The notes: generated from the letters alone by a model not told the origin. DNA of 64,000 nt from an uncultured Rickettsiales bacterium (GCA_964518725.1 CAZFKP010000015.1:1450-65449); one strand, 5' to 3'; shown: positions 1-8,583, counted from the stretch's first letter. Translations and numbers: made by a program.

Positions 1-278
1 CATATTGCTCTTCCCTATGAATGCCGAAGACTTTATTACATTAATAATGTGGTAGCCAGGCACTATTAATATATGTTTATACATACTTTTCAATAGTATA
101 AAAATTTATCTAAAATGCAATCTAAATACAATACAAAAGCTATTGAAAAATATGAAGAAAAATGCATTTTCTTGTTGCATGTTTTTTTTAGTTGGGGTAT
201 AACTTAACTTAGCTGATGCATTCAGCGTAAACCGGTGCCAGGAGGGAATCCAGCACCTTACTCTTAAGGAGAACGACC

Positions 279-446
279 ATGAAAACACTTGTAAAACTTT
301 TTAAAGACGAAAACGGTGCAACTGCAATTGAATACGGCCTGATTGCCGCCCTGATCTCGGTGGCTGCGATTGGCGCTATGACCGCTCTGGGCACCCAGCT
401 GTCAACCACCTTCGGTGATATCACCGGTAGCCTGGCTGCTGTATAA
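279..446 (+). CDS. flp: Flp/Fap-family type IVb prepilin (55 aa, below the ORF-track size cutoff)
   Basis: ATG 279 to TAA 444-446, with AAGGAG 7 nt upstream. Translation MKTLVKLFKDENGATAIEYGLIAALISVAAIGAMTALGTQLSTTFGDITGSLAAV carries the Flp G/xxxxEY prepilin-peptidase motif followed by a hydrophobic helix. Confidence 0.85.
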   Translation: MKTLVKLFKDENGATAIEYGLIAALISVAAIGAMTALGTQLSTTFGDITGSLAAV

Positions 447-465
447 TAGGTCAACCCCGGAAAAA

Positions 466-495
466 GGCCCGCTACTGCAGCGGGCCTTTTTTTTT
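466..495 (+). terminator. Rho-independent terminator after flp copy 1
   Basis: Stem GGCCCGC (466-472) pairs with GCGGGCC (480-486), followed by a T9 run (487-495). Confidence 0.7.
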
Positions 496-508
496 AAAGG
501 CGTGTGTT

Positions 509-682
509 ATGGAACAGCATGTCTCATTATTACATGACGAACTTGGCTCCGCAGCCATTGAGTATGGATTACTGGTCGGCCTGATTGCCGTCGCATCCAT
601 CGCGGCACTCACCGCGTTTGGTGAACAGATTGCCGTCAATTATACCACCTTTACCGCCAGTATGGCAGACGCATCGTCGTAG
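509..682 (+). CDS. flp: Second Flp/Fap-family prepilin paralog (57 aa, below the ORF-track cutoff)
   Basis: ATG 509 to TAG 680-682. Translation MEQHVSLLHDELGSAAIEYGLLVGLIAVASIAALTAFGEQIAVNYTTFTASMADASS has the same G/xxxxEY motif and hydrophobic core. Confidence 0.8.
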   Translation: MEQHVSLLHDELGSAAIEYGLLVGLIAVASIAALTAFGEQIAVNYTTFTASMADASS

Positions 683-685
683 CGT

Positions 686-1642
686 CTATTTCTTCCCGAT
701 ATTCACCGAGAGTTCCAGCATCCGGTCAAGCGGTTTGCGCGCGCGCTGGATGAGGTCGTCCGAGAGTTCGATGCTCGGTGTGTCGTTTTTCAGGCACAAA
801 TAAATTTTTTCGAGGTTGTTCATTTTCATGTAGGGGCAGTTGTTGCAACTGATGCATGCCCCGCCTGAAATTCCCGGCACTTCATAGAAATGGCTGCCGG
901 TGCTGCGTTTTTTCATCTCGTGCAAGATGCCCGGCTCGGTGAGGACGATGAACGATTCGCCGGGACGCTCGGCCGTATAATGGATGAGCTTCGCGGTGGA
1001 GCCGATGAATTTCGCATGCCGCAGCAGATGTGCCGGGCATTCCGGATGCGCGATCACATGTGCCGCCTTGTGCCGCTCCATGAGTTTGACCAACTCTTCT
1101 TCCGAAAAACGCTCATGCACCATGCAGGTGCCGTTCCACAGCAGCATGGTGCGCCCGGTTTTTTTATTGAGATAATCGCCGAGATATTTATCCGGCGCGA
1201 AAATAATTTTCTGATCCTGCGGCAGGCTGTTGATAATTGTTTCAGCGTTACTTGAAGTCACGATGACATCCGACAGTGCCTTCACTTCCGCCGAGCAGTT
1301 GATGTAGGTGACAACCATATGATCCGGATGCGCTTTGCAGAACGCCGAGAACTCTTTCGGCGGGCAGGAATCTTCCAGCGAACAGCCGGCACTCATATCT
1401 GGTATCAGCACCTGCTTAGTGGGGTTTAGAATCTTCGCACCCTCGGCCATGAAGCGCACGCCGGAAAACACGATGACATCCGCCGTCGTCCCCGCCGCCT
1501 TGCGCGCAAGCTCCAGCGAGTCGCCGACAAAATCGGCGATGTCTTGAATATCATCGTCCTGGTAATAATGCGCGAGCAGGATCGCGTTTTTCTGTTGTTT
1601 CAGTGCCGCAATCTCGGCTTCGAAATCGATTCGCGGACTCAT
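686..1642 (-). CDS. nadA: Quinolinate synthase A
   Basis: 318-aa ORF with an N-terminus (...AILLAHYYQDDDIQDIADFVGDSLELAR...) and length typical of NadA. Its start overlaps the gpsA stop by 4 nt. Confidence 0.9.
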   Translation of the reverse strand: MSPRIDFEAEIAALKQQKNAILLAHYYQDDDIQDIADFVGDSLELARKAAGTTADVIVFSGVRFMAEGAKILNPTKQVLIPDMSAGCSLEDSCPPKEFSAFCKAHPDHMVVTYINCSAEVKALSDVIVTSSNAETIINSLPQDQKIIFAPDKYLGDYLNKKTGRTMLLWNGTCMVHERFSEEELVKLMERHKAAHVIAHPECPAHLLRHAKFIGSTAKLIHYTAERPGESFIVLTEPGILHEMKKRSTGSHFYEVPGISGGACISCNNCPYMKMNNLEKIYLCLKNDTPSIELSDDLIQRARKPLDRMLELSVNIGKK

Positions 1643-2646
1643 AGGCCTTCCACCGAAAATGGCCGTTCCAGCAGGGATTTCATGACCTCATCCACTGATT
1701 CGTCTTCATACAGCACCCGGTAAACCGCCTGGCAGATTGGCATCTGCACCTCGTATTTCCGCGCCATTTTCATCACCGATTCAGCGGCGAGCACGCCCTC
1801 GGTGGCGCTGCGACCGCGTGCTTCCAGTACTTCCTTGACCGGTTTACCTTTACCGACGGCCACCCCAAACGACATGTTGCGCGACTTGGTGGAGCCGCAG
1901 GTGAGCAGCAGATCGCCAAGCCCGGAAAGCCCCATCAGCGTTTCGTAGCGCCCGCCGCGCGCGAGCGCCAGCCGCGCCATTTCCGCAAACCCTCGGGTGA
2001 CGATGGCGGCCTGGGCATTTTCCCCCAACCCGCGCCCGTGGGCGATGCCGCAGGCAATGGCGATGACGTTTTTGATCGCCCCGCCAATCTGTGTGCCGAT
2101 CACGTCGTCGGTGAGGTAGGGGCGGAACAGCTTGCCGCCGACCGCATAGGTGAGCAGCTCCCACTGGCTCTTATCCTCGCAGGCGATGGTGGTCGCCGTT
2201 GGTAGCCCCCGCGCCGCCTCATCGGCGAAATTGGGGCCGGAAACAATCGCAATCGGGTTGCCCGGCAGCACCGAACGCACCACCTCGCTCATGAGCATGA
2301 GGCTGCCGCGCTCAATGCCCTTGCTCGCAATCAACAGCGGCGTTTCCGCGCTCAACTGGTCAGAAATGGCGATGGACACCGAGCGCACGTAATTGGTCGG
2401 CGTGGCAATCACCACCACGTCGGAATCGCAGACTTCCTTGGGCGTGGAGACCACGGTGATTTCCGGGGAAATATAAATACCCGGCAGGTAGATGTCGTTT
2501 ATGCGGTGGTCGGAAATAAGCTGTATCACGTTGCTGTTGCGCGTGTAGAGCTTGACCAGGCTGCCCGCCCGGTTGGCCAGGATGGCAAGTGCCGTCCCCC
2601 ACGCGCCGCCGCCAATGACGCCGACTTTATAGGCGTTGACGCTCAT
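1639..2646 (-). CDS. gpsA: NAD(P)H-dependent glycerol-3-phosphate dehydrogenase
   Basis: 335 aa with an N-terminal Rossmann motif VGVIGGGAWGTALA and GpsA-like body. Confidence 0.9.
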   Translation of the reverse strand: MSVNAYKVGVIGGGAWGTALAILANRAGSLVKLYTRNSNVIQLISDHRINDIYLPGIYISPEITVVSTPKEVCDSDVVVIATPTNYVRSVSIAISDQLSAETPLLIASKGIERGSLMLMSEVVRSVLPGNPIAIVSGPNFADEAARGLPTATTIACEDKSQWELLTYAVGGKLFRPYLTDDVIGTQIGGAIKNVIAIACGIAHGRGLGENAQAAIVTRGFAEMARLALARGGRYETLMGLSGLGDLLLTCGSTKSRNMSFGVAVGKGKPVKEVLEARGRSATEGVLAAESVMKMARKYEVQMPICQAVYRVLYEDESVDEVMKSLLERPFSVEGL

Positions 2647-3405
2647 TTATTTACCGGGCAAGCGCGCTTCATTGAAGACGCAGATCACATCTCCCCCGTG
2701 GCGCAGGGTGAATTTGCTGGCAACACGCTCAACCACGATGAAATCGCCGCGTGTGCGGTAGTTGACCAGCGATTCGTTGCCTTTGTCATCGACCCAGAAG
2801 AAGGCCGGAACCTCGGCGTTTTTATCGCGGAACTGGAAGTAGGTGAACTCGCCATCGTCAAAGATGCGGATCGGCGCGGTGGTCTCTGGCCCTGCGATCG
2901 TGTAATTGAAGTTGTACTTCTCCGGATGTTCTTTGATATCGAGGACAGGAACCGCATCCAGCCCGCCGCCGGCCAGCGATTGCAGCTCGTCGCTATCCTG
3001 GTAGATAAAGCGCATAATGAACGTCATGTCCGGGTCGTTGATATCGTCGGTATCACGCGCATGCAGCTCGAACAGGTAGGTGTGCCTGTTGGTAATCAGC
3101 GTCATGTTGGTGGTCGCATCCTGCTCGATGGGCTTGAGGAACAGGCGGTTGCCGGTCGGGTTCATCATCCACGCCGTCGAGTCCCCCATCGAAATAGTTT
3201 GGATCGTCTCATCTTTGCCGAATTCAATCGAGGTCTGGTAGCGGTAATGGCCGGTGAATTTATAGACCTCGTCCGGCTGGTAAATCACCGTGCGTACCCG
3301 GTGGTCGGTTTTGATCGAGCGTGGCTCGCGCACCGCCCACGCCTCAGCGGAAAACAGCACGCAAGCGGCGGTGATGGTCATGGTGGCGAGGCGAAAAAAC
3401 GTCAT
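2647..3405 (-). CDS. virB9: VirB9/TrbG/CagX-family type IV secretion protein
   Basis: 252 aa with a signal peptide (MTFFRLATMTITAACVLFSAEAWA). Contains the motif ISMGDSTAWMMNPTGNRLFLKP typical of the VirB9 N-domain. The stop TAA abuts the gpsA ATG (TAAATG). Confidence 0.7.
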   Translation of the reverse strand: MTFFRLATMTITAACVLFSAEAWAVREPRSIKTDHRVRTVIYQPDEVYKFTGHYRYQTSIEFGKDETIQTISMGDSTAWMMNPTGNRLFLKPIEQDATTNMTLITNRHTYLFELHARDTDDINDPDMTFIMRFIYQDSDELQSLAGGGLDAVPVLDIKEHPEKYNFNYTIAGPETTAPIRIFDDGEFTYFQFRDKNAEVPAFFWVDDKGNESLVNYRTRGDFIVVERVASKFTLRHGGDVICVFNEARLPGK

Positions 3406-4121
3406 GGCGTGTCCTGAATTTTGCTGCTGTAGCGGGTGACAGTAAACGATACGGGATTCACCATACCAGTTTTTTTATCGATTTCAACGCCGCTGTAATC
3501 ATAGCTGATCGTGGCCTTATGGCGGCTCCTGCTCGACCCTTCCGCGCTGATCAGGGTTGCATCATACACCACCTCCACCGTATTGGCGGGTGACAGTAGC
3601 CGCTGCACCGATACCGGATCAATGATGCGCGCCGTGTGGCGCTGGTATTTCACCACCGGGCTATCCGGGTTGCCAGTCTGGATCATCCGCTGGTAGCCGG
3701 CGAACACTTCCGGCGTGGCATGGTGCTCGATGCCGCCGTAATTCCGTTCCAGCAGGTTGATGTTGTAGCCTTCGTAATGCGCGACGAATGTCTTGGCCAT
3801 GAAGAACAGCACGGCCTCATCGGTCGTCTGCTGATAGCTGCTCCGCAGCGGCGTGATGCTCGGCAGATCTTCCAGCACATCATTCAGCGCGTAGATAAAC
3901 GGCACCGGCCGCTTGAGCGGGTACAGCTCGCGCACCGCCATGACCGAGAACATCAGCGTCAGCAAGGCGACGGTGGTGACGAACACATAAAAATAGCGCT
4001 CGGACATCGGGTCGTTCACCGAGACGTCATACATGCTTTTTGCCTCGCGGAAATATTCCCCACTGCGTACTTTTTCCGCGATCTGGATATAATCATCCGG
4101 TGTGGGTTCTTTATATTTCAT
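3402..4121 (-). CDS. virB8: VirB8-like type IV secretion protein
   Basis: 239 aa with YFREA near the N-terminus, a single TM segment (YFYVFVTTVALLTLMFSVMAV) and then PLK. The periplasmic domain ends NPVSFTVTRY, as in VirB8 (NPLGFxVxxY). It overlaps virB9 by 4 nt. Confidence 0.6.
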   Translation of the reverse strand: MKYKEPTPDDYIQIAEKVRSGEYFREAKSMYDVSVNDPMSERYFYVFVTTVALLTLMFSVMAVRELYPLKRPVPFIYALNDVLEDLPSITPLRSSYQQTTDEAVLFFMAKTFVAHYEGYNINLLERNYGGIEHHATPEVFAGYQRMIQTGNPDSPVVKYQRHTARIIDPVSVQRLLSPANTVEVVYDATLISAEGSSRSRHKATISYDYSGVEIDKKTGMVNPVSFTVTRYSSKIQDTP

Positions 4122-4141
4122 AAAGCCGTTTTATTATCATT

Positions 4142-4234
4142 GTCATCGCGAGCGAAGCGCGGCGATCCATCTTTCTTGCACGCGGTGGGATGCGAAGATG
4201 GATTGCCACGGAGACGTTGCCTCCTCGCAATGAC
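4142..4234. repeat. Palindromic MITE-like element, copy 1 (intergenic)
   Basis: Terminal inverted repeats GTCATCGCGAG...CTCGCAATGAC plus an internal inverted pair GGCGATCCAT/ATGGATTGCC. Related copies lie at 7234..7325 and 63858..63951. Confidence 0.8.
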
Positions 4235-4305
4235 GTAATGCGTTATTATCATGCTTGTCATCGTACCATTTTTCATGGAATATCACTAGCATGGAAAAGT
4301 TAACC

Positions 4306-4437
4306 ATGGATGAATATATGTTGGTTGTCTGGGCTGCCTACGCCGTCGCCTTCCTGGTGCTGGGCGGCTGCACCTGGGTGAGCCTGCGCGGCTTGCGCGG
4401 TGCACAGCGCGTCCTATCCGCACTCGAACGCCAGTGA
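4306..4437 (+). CDS. ccmD: Heme exporter protein CcmD (probable)
   Basis: 43-aa product MDEYMLVVWAAYAVAFLVLGGCTWVSLRGLRGAQRVLSALERQ shows the CcmD pattern (VWxAY, a single TM, basic tail). It sits directly upstream of ccmE. The start is uncertain (track ORF starts at 4255; ATGs at 4291 and 4306). Confidence 0.55.
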   Translation: MDEYMLVVWAAYAVAFLVLGGCTWVSLRGLRGAQRVLSALERQ

Positions 4438-4444
4438 TGCCGCC

Positions 4445-4885
4445 ATGAAGCCCAAACACCAGCGGCTCGTATTCGTGGTGGCAAGCGTTGCCTGCCTGTG
4501 CGCGGCGGTGTTGCTGACCATGCGTGCTTTTAAAGAAAACCTGGTCTATTTTTTCAGCCCAAGCGACATTGTTGCCATGCCGCCGAAGCCTGGCCAGGTG
4601 ATCCGTATTGGCGGGCTGGTAAAAACCGAAAGCCTCGAACATCTGCCGGGCAACCGGGTGGCATTCATCGTCACCGACGGGAAGGCCGAAATCGCTGTCG
4701 CCTATCAGGGCGCGCTGCCGGCGCTGTTCCGCGAGGGGCAAGGCGTTGTAGCAGAGGGAAAATTGCAGGATGGCGGTTTTTCCGCTACAACTATTCTTGC
4801 CAAGCACGATGAGAATTACATGCCAAAGGAAGTAGTGGACGCGCTCAAAAAGTCCGGGCACTGGGAAGGGCAGGATGCTCGCTGA
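4445..4885 (+). CDS. ccmE: Cytochrome c-type biogenesis heme chaperone CcmE
   Basis: MKPKHQRLVFVVASV... with a TM anchor and OB-fold body. The heme-binding motif LAKHDENYMPKEV is present. The track ORF (from 4400) is extended at the N-terminus. Confidence 0.9.
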   Translation: MKPKHQRLVFVVASVACLCAAVLLTMRAFKENLVYFFSPSDIVAMPPKPGQVIRIGGLVKTESLEHLPGNRVAFIVTDGKAEIAVAYQGALPALFREGQGVVAEGKLQDGGFSATTILAKHDENYMPKEVVDALKKSGHWEGQDAR

Positions 4886-6728
4886 AATCGCAGTATTCGC
4901 GTTGGCGCTGGCGCTTGCCCTGTCGCTCATCGGCGCTGGCTCGCTGGTTTCCGCCCGCCTGCACACGCTGCTGCAAGGCAGCGCACTGGTCGGCGCCCTG
5001 CTAGTGTTTGTGGCGTTCGTGATCCTGATTATCCTCCGGCTTGATTCCGATTTTACAGTCGCCAACGTTGCCGAACATTCCAACCACACCCTCCCCCTGC
5101 TCTACAAAGTCGCCGGAACATGGGGCAATCATGAAGGTTCCATGCTGCTGTGGGCGCTGGTAGTGTGCGGCTTCGGCGCGATCCTCTCCGCCCGCCACCC
5201 GCTGGCCGCCGCTGTGCAATCGCTGTTGGCTGCCGGGGTGCTGCTGTTTATCCTCGCCACCTCAAACCCGTTCGCCCGCATTTTCCCACCACCGCCTGAT
5301 GGCAGCATGCTGAACCCGTTGCTGCAGGATGTGGCGCTCGCCATGCACCCGCCGCTGCTGTATCTCGGCTATGTCGGGTTCTCGGCAGTGTTTTCACTGG
5401 CGGTCGCCGGGTTGATCACGAGGCAGATTGATGCGCGCTGGGCCACAACCGCCCAGCCATGGATCATGGCGGCGTGGGCATCACTCACCTGCGGCATTGC
5501 GCTTGGTAGCTGGTGGGCGTACCGCGAACTCGGCTGGGGCGGGTTCTGGTTCTGGGATCCGGTGGAAAACGCCTCGCTCCTGCCATGGCTTGCCGCCACG
5601 GCGCTGCTGCATTCCAACGTGGTGCTGAAAAAACGCGGCGCGCTGGCCGGGTGGGTGGCGTTGCTTGCCATCATCACCTTCGGACTCAGCCTTGTCAGCA
5701 CCTTCCTCGTGCGTAGTGGTGCCATCACCTCGGTGCACAGCTTTGCCAGCGATCCGGAGCGCGGGTTGTTTATCCTCGCCTACATCGCGCTGGTGGTGGG
5801 CGGCGCGCTGTGGCTCTATGCCGCGCATGTCCGCAGCCTGCCGCCGACCGCGCCGATGCGTCCCGCTTCCCGTGAAGGGGTGATCGTCATCAATAATTTG
5901 TTCCTGCTCACGGCCTGCGCCACGGTGTTGCTCGGCACCATTTACCCGATGCTCGCCGAAGCGATCGGTGGTGGCAGTGTCAGCGTCGGTGCACCGTTTT
6001 ACCATCGAACCTTCCTGCCGTTGATGGCACTGCCATTGTTTTTTGCTGGGCTAGCCCCTTTTCTGCCGTGGAAAAAAGCGGCGCCCCTTTCTGCCCTTCG
6101 CCGTGCATGGCCGGGGCTTGCAGCAGCCTGCGCCGCCGCCACGGTTGTCATGGCCACGATCCATACTGAAGCGGTGCTCGCCGCTGCGAGCCTCGCCCTT
6201 GCCGGATTCATGATGGTGGCAAGCGCGCAGTGGCTGGCCGCCGGGAAGTGGCGCCTGCCTGCAAACTGGCCGGTGTTCCTTGGGCATAGCGGCGCGGCAC
6301 TACTGGTGATCGGCATCACCGGCGCTGGGTTGTGGGGAACACAGGTGGAGCGGAATGTAAACATGGGCGATACGCTCTCTATTGCTGGCTATGACGTGAA
6401 TGTGGTGCGGCTCGGCACCATCCACACACCGAATTATGATGCCACCCAGGTGACGCTCGATGTCACCCGCGCCGGCCACACCATCACCCAACTGCAACCG
6501 GAAGCGCGCCGCTACGGCATCCGCGACACCACCACCAGCGAAGCGGAAATTTATTCCACCGCCGCCTATGATTTGTACGCGGTGGTCGGTGCCGCAACCA
6601 GCGAAGGCGAAGTGGCGCTGCGGCTCTATCATAAACCTGCAGTGAGCTTCTTATGGCTCGGGGCAGCGTTCATCACGGCCGGGGGCATCCTGTCGGCGTG
6701 GCTTGCCGGACGGAGGAAATACCCATGA
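4875..6728 (+). CDS. ccmF: Cytochrome c heme lyase subunit CcmF
   Basis: 617-aa polytopic membrane protein with a WGGFWFWDPVENASLLPWL tryptophan-rich motif. Confidence 0.9.
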   Translation: MLAEIAVFALALALALSLIGAGSLVSARLHTLLQGSALVGALLVFVAFVILIILRLDSDFTVANVAEHSNHTLPLLYKVAGTWGNHEGSMLLWALVVCGFGAILSARHPLAAAVQSLLAAGVLLFILATSNPFARIFPPPPDGSMLNPLLQDVALAMHPPLLYLGYVGFSAVFSLAVAGLITRQIDARWATTAQPWIMAAWASLTCGIALGSWWAYRELGWGGFWFWDPVENASLLPWLAATALLHSNVVLKKRGALAGWVALLAIITFGLSLVSTFLVRSGAITSVHSFASDPERGLFILAYIALVVGGALWLYAAHVRSLPPTAPMRPASREGVIVINNLFLLTACATVLLGTIYPMLAEAIGGGSVSVGAPFYHRTFLPLMALPLFFAGLAPFLPWKKAAPLSALRRAWPGLAAACAAATVVMATIHTEAVLAAASLALAGFMMVASAQWLAAGKWRLPANWPVFLGHSGAALLVIGITGAGLWGTQVERNVNMGDTLSIAGYDVNVVRLGTIHTPNYDATQVTLDVTRAGHTITQLQPEARRYGIRDTTTSEAEIYSTAAYDLYAVVGAATSEGEVALRLYHKPAVSFLWLGAAFITAGGILSAWLAGRRKYP

Positions 6729-7222
6729 AATTCGCACCGCTTATCGCCTTGTTCCTGATCTGCGCGCTGCTCGCCTATGGGCTGGTCGGCAAGAGCAGTA
6801 CCCCAACCCCATCGCCGCTTATCGGCAAGCCGCTGCCGGCCTTCACGGTCGGCGACCGGAACCTCGACGACCTGCTCGACGGACACACGGTGGTGCTGAA
6901 TGTCTTTGCCAGTTGGTGCGCCCCCTGCGCGCTCGAACATCCGCAATTGATGACGCTAAAAGCGCAGGTGCCGATCATCGGCATCGCCTGGAAAAACAAG
7001 CCGGGCGAAGTCACCGCATGGCTTACACGGCACGGCAACCCGTATGCCTCGCTGCTGATGGATGAGATCGGAGAGTCGACCATGCCGCTTGGGCTAACCG
7101 GCGTCCCGGAAACATTCGTCATCGCCCCGGACGGAATTGTCGCCTACCATACGGCGCAGCCAATTACCGCTGAATTGTTGGCAAGCGATATCCTGCCGCT
7201 GATTGAAAGGCTGGAGCCATGA
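6725..7222 (+). CDS. ccmG: Thiol:disulfide interchange protein CcmG/DsbE
   Basis: ATGA overlap with the ccmF stop. TM anchor plus a thioredoxin fold with FASWCAPCALEHP (CxxC). Confidence 0.85.
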   Translation: MKFAPLIALFLICALLAYGLVGKSSTPTPSPLIGKPLPAFTVGDRNLDDLLDGHTVVLNVFASWCAPCALEHPQLMTLKAQVPIIGIAWKNKPGEVTAWLTRHGNPYASLLMDEIGESTMPLGLTGVPETFVIAPDGIVAYHTAQPITAELLASDILPLIERLEP

Positions 7223-7683
7223 AATACAATCCCGTCATTGCGAGCGTAGCGCGGCAATCCATTTTTGCCTTCTCCGGCGTGAAAAGAGGATGGATCGCCG
7301 CGTCGCTGGCACTCCTCGCGATGACATTTTTCTCAACGCCCGCTGCCGCGCTCACCATCGACCAGCCGCTTCCCAACCCGGCGCAGGAAACCCGCGCCCG
7401 CGCGCTGTTCCAGGAGCTGCGCTGTGTCGTCTGCCAGGGCGAGAGCGTGGCCGATTCCCCGGCGGATGTCGCCGCCGATATGCGCCGCGCCGTGCGGCAG
7501 GCGGTCGCCCGGGGAGAAACCGACGAGACCATAAAACAAACGTTTGTGGCGCATTACGGGGAACGGGTGCTGATGCTGCCTAGCTTCCGCGAAGGCAATC
7601 TGCCGCTCTGGCTTGCGCCACTCGTATGCCTGCTGGTGGGGGGTGTGTTTGCATGGCGCCGCCTGTTTGGGAGGCAGTCATGA
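7219..7683 (+). CDS. ccmH: Cytochrome c-type biogenesis protein CcmH (CcmL)
   Basis: ATGA overlap with ccmG. Contains the motif LRCVVCQGESVADSPADVAADMRRAV and a C-terminal TM. Codons 6-36 are encoded by repeat copy 2. Confidence 0.85.
   Translation: MKYNPVIASVARQSIFAFSGVKRGWIAASLALLAMTFFSTPAAALTIDQPLPNPAQETRARALFQELRCVVCQGESVADSPADVAADMRRAVRQAVARGETDETIKQTFVAHYGERVLMLPSFREGNLPLWLAPLVCLLVGGVFAWRRLFGRQS
7234..7325. repeat. Palindromic MITE-like element, copy 2 (inside the ccmH 5' end)
   Basis: GTCATTGCGAGCGTAGCGCGGCAATCCAT...GGATGGATCGCCGC...CTCGCGATGAC has the same architecture as 4142..4234. It is read in frame as VIASVARQSIFAFSGVKRGWIAASLALLAMT. Confidence 0.8.
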
Positions 7684-8291
7684 TCCAGCTGGCCGCCGCG
7701 CTTGTCCTGCTCCTTCTGATAACACTGGCGCTGTTGCTGTTCCCGTTGCGGCACGAACGCAGGCTGTGCATCCTTGCTGCGCTGGCCGTTACATTCGTGG
7801 CGGGCGGGATGTATGCGCTGGTCGGCGCACCGCGTGTGGTGCCGCTGGTCGCACAATATCATGCGGAGGTTGCGGCGCTGGAAAAGAACATCCAGACCAC
7901 CCGTGCCCTGGTGCAGGCCAACCCAAAGAACCTTGAAGCATGGCTCACACTGTCGCAGGCGCTGATGGACAAAGGCGATTTCGCCGCCGCCAGCGAGGGA
8001 TTCAAGCAGGCGGTGCTGCTTTCCAAAGGCCACCCTCGGATTATCGCCGCCTATGCCGAAGCCCTCATCCTCCAGCAGGGCGGGATGGTGCCGCCGCAGG
8101 CCAAGAAGTCCATCGACATCGCGCTGATGATCGACCCGCAATTGCCGCTGGCGCGCTATTACAATGCGGTGTGGCTGCTGCAGGAAGGTCGCAACGACGA
8201 AGCCATGCAGGAAATGAAAGCGCTCTACCGCGAGCTGCCGGACGATTCAAACTTAAAGAAGCGGATGAAAGCGCAGATCGGCGCGAAGTGA
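7680..8291 (+). CDS. ccmI: Cytochrome c-type biogenesis protein CcmI/CycH (TPR)
   Basis: ATGA overlap with the ccmH stop. Two N-terminal TM segments followed by a TPR-like region (NPKNLEAWLTLSQALMDKGDFAAA...). Confidence 0.7.
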   Translation: MIQLAAALVLLLLITLALLLFPLRHERRLCILAALAVTFVAGGMYALVGAPRVVPLVAQYHAEVAALEKNIQTTRALVQANPKNLEAWLTLSQALMDKGDFAAASEGFKQAVLLSKGHPRIIAAYAEALILQQGGMVPPQAKKSIDIALMIDPQLPLARYYNAVWLLQEGRNDEAMQEMKALYRELPDDSNLKKRMKAQIGAK

Positions 8292-8561
8292 TTACTCGCC
8301 GTGCGCGCCAAGCTCCATGGCCGCATCAACGCCCTCTTCATCCTGAAGCGTGATCGGCGTGCTCGGCACCACGGTGGCAATGGTGTGTTTGTAGACAAGC
8401 TGCACCTGCGAGCCGCGGCGGAGCAGCACCGAGAAATTATCGAAACTGGTGATGTTGCCTTGCAGCTTGACACCGTTGGACAGGAAAATAGTCACCGGAA
8501 TGCGCTTCTTGCGGCAGGTGTTCAGGAACACGTCCTGCACGTTTTGCGGTTTCTCGGCCAT
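8292..8561 (-). CDS. hfq: RNA chaperone Hfq
   Basis: 89 aa, ...[56 protein letters not shown]..., with canonical Sm1/Sm2 motifs. Confidence 0.95.
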   Translation of the reverse strand: MAEKPQNVQDVFLNTCRKKRIPVTIFLSNGVKLQGNITSFDNFSVLLRRGSQVQLVYKHTIATVVPSTPITLQDEEGVDAAMELGAHGE

Positions 8562-8583
8562 GGCTTATCCCCCCGTTTTTCTT

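Noticed and set aside
1-3. The window begins with CAT preceded (on the minus strand) by GGGAAGAG. This could be the start codon and RBS of a leftward gene, for example Tad machinery divergent from flp.
   Set aside because: Only 3 nt of the putative gene are in the window, so it cannot be supported.
2506-3417. There are long ORFs on the opposite strand of clearly assigned genes. Examples are 2506..3417, 3636..4238, 4286..5089, 22463..23485, 25264..26124, 26243..26851, 29784..30656, 31170..31961, 59999..60517, 61639..62196 and 63327..63998.
   Set aside because: They lie antisense to genes with strong family signatures (virB9, virB8, ccmE/F, ilvD, flgG, flgF, fliM, motE-like, recA, alaS). Their translations are Arg/Gly/His-rich low-information sequences typical of shadow ORFs in GC-rich coding DNA.
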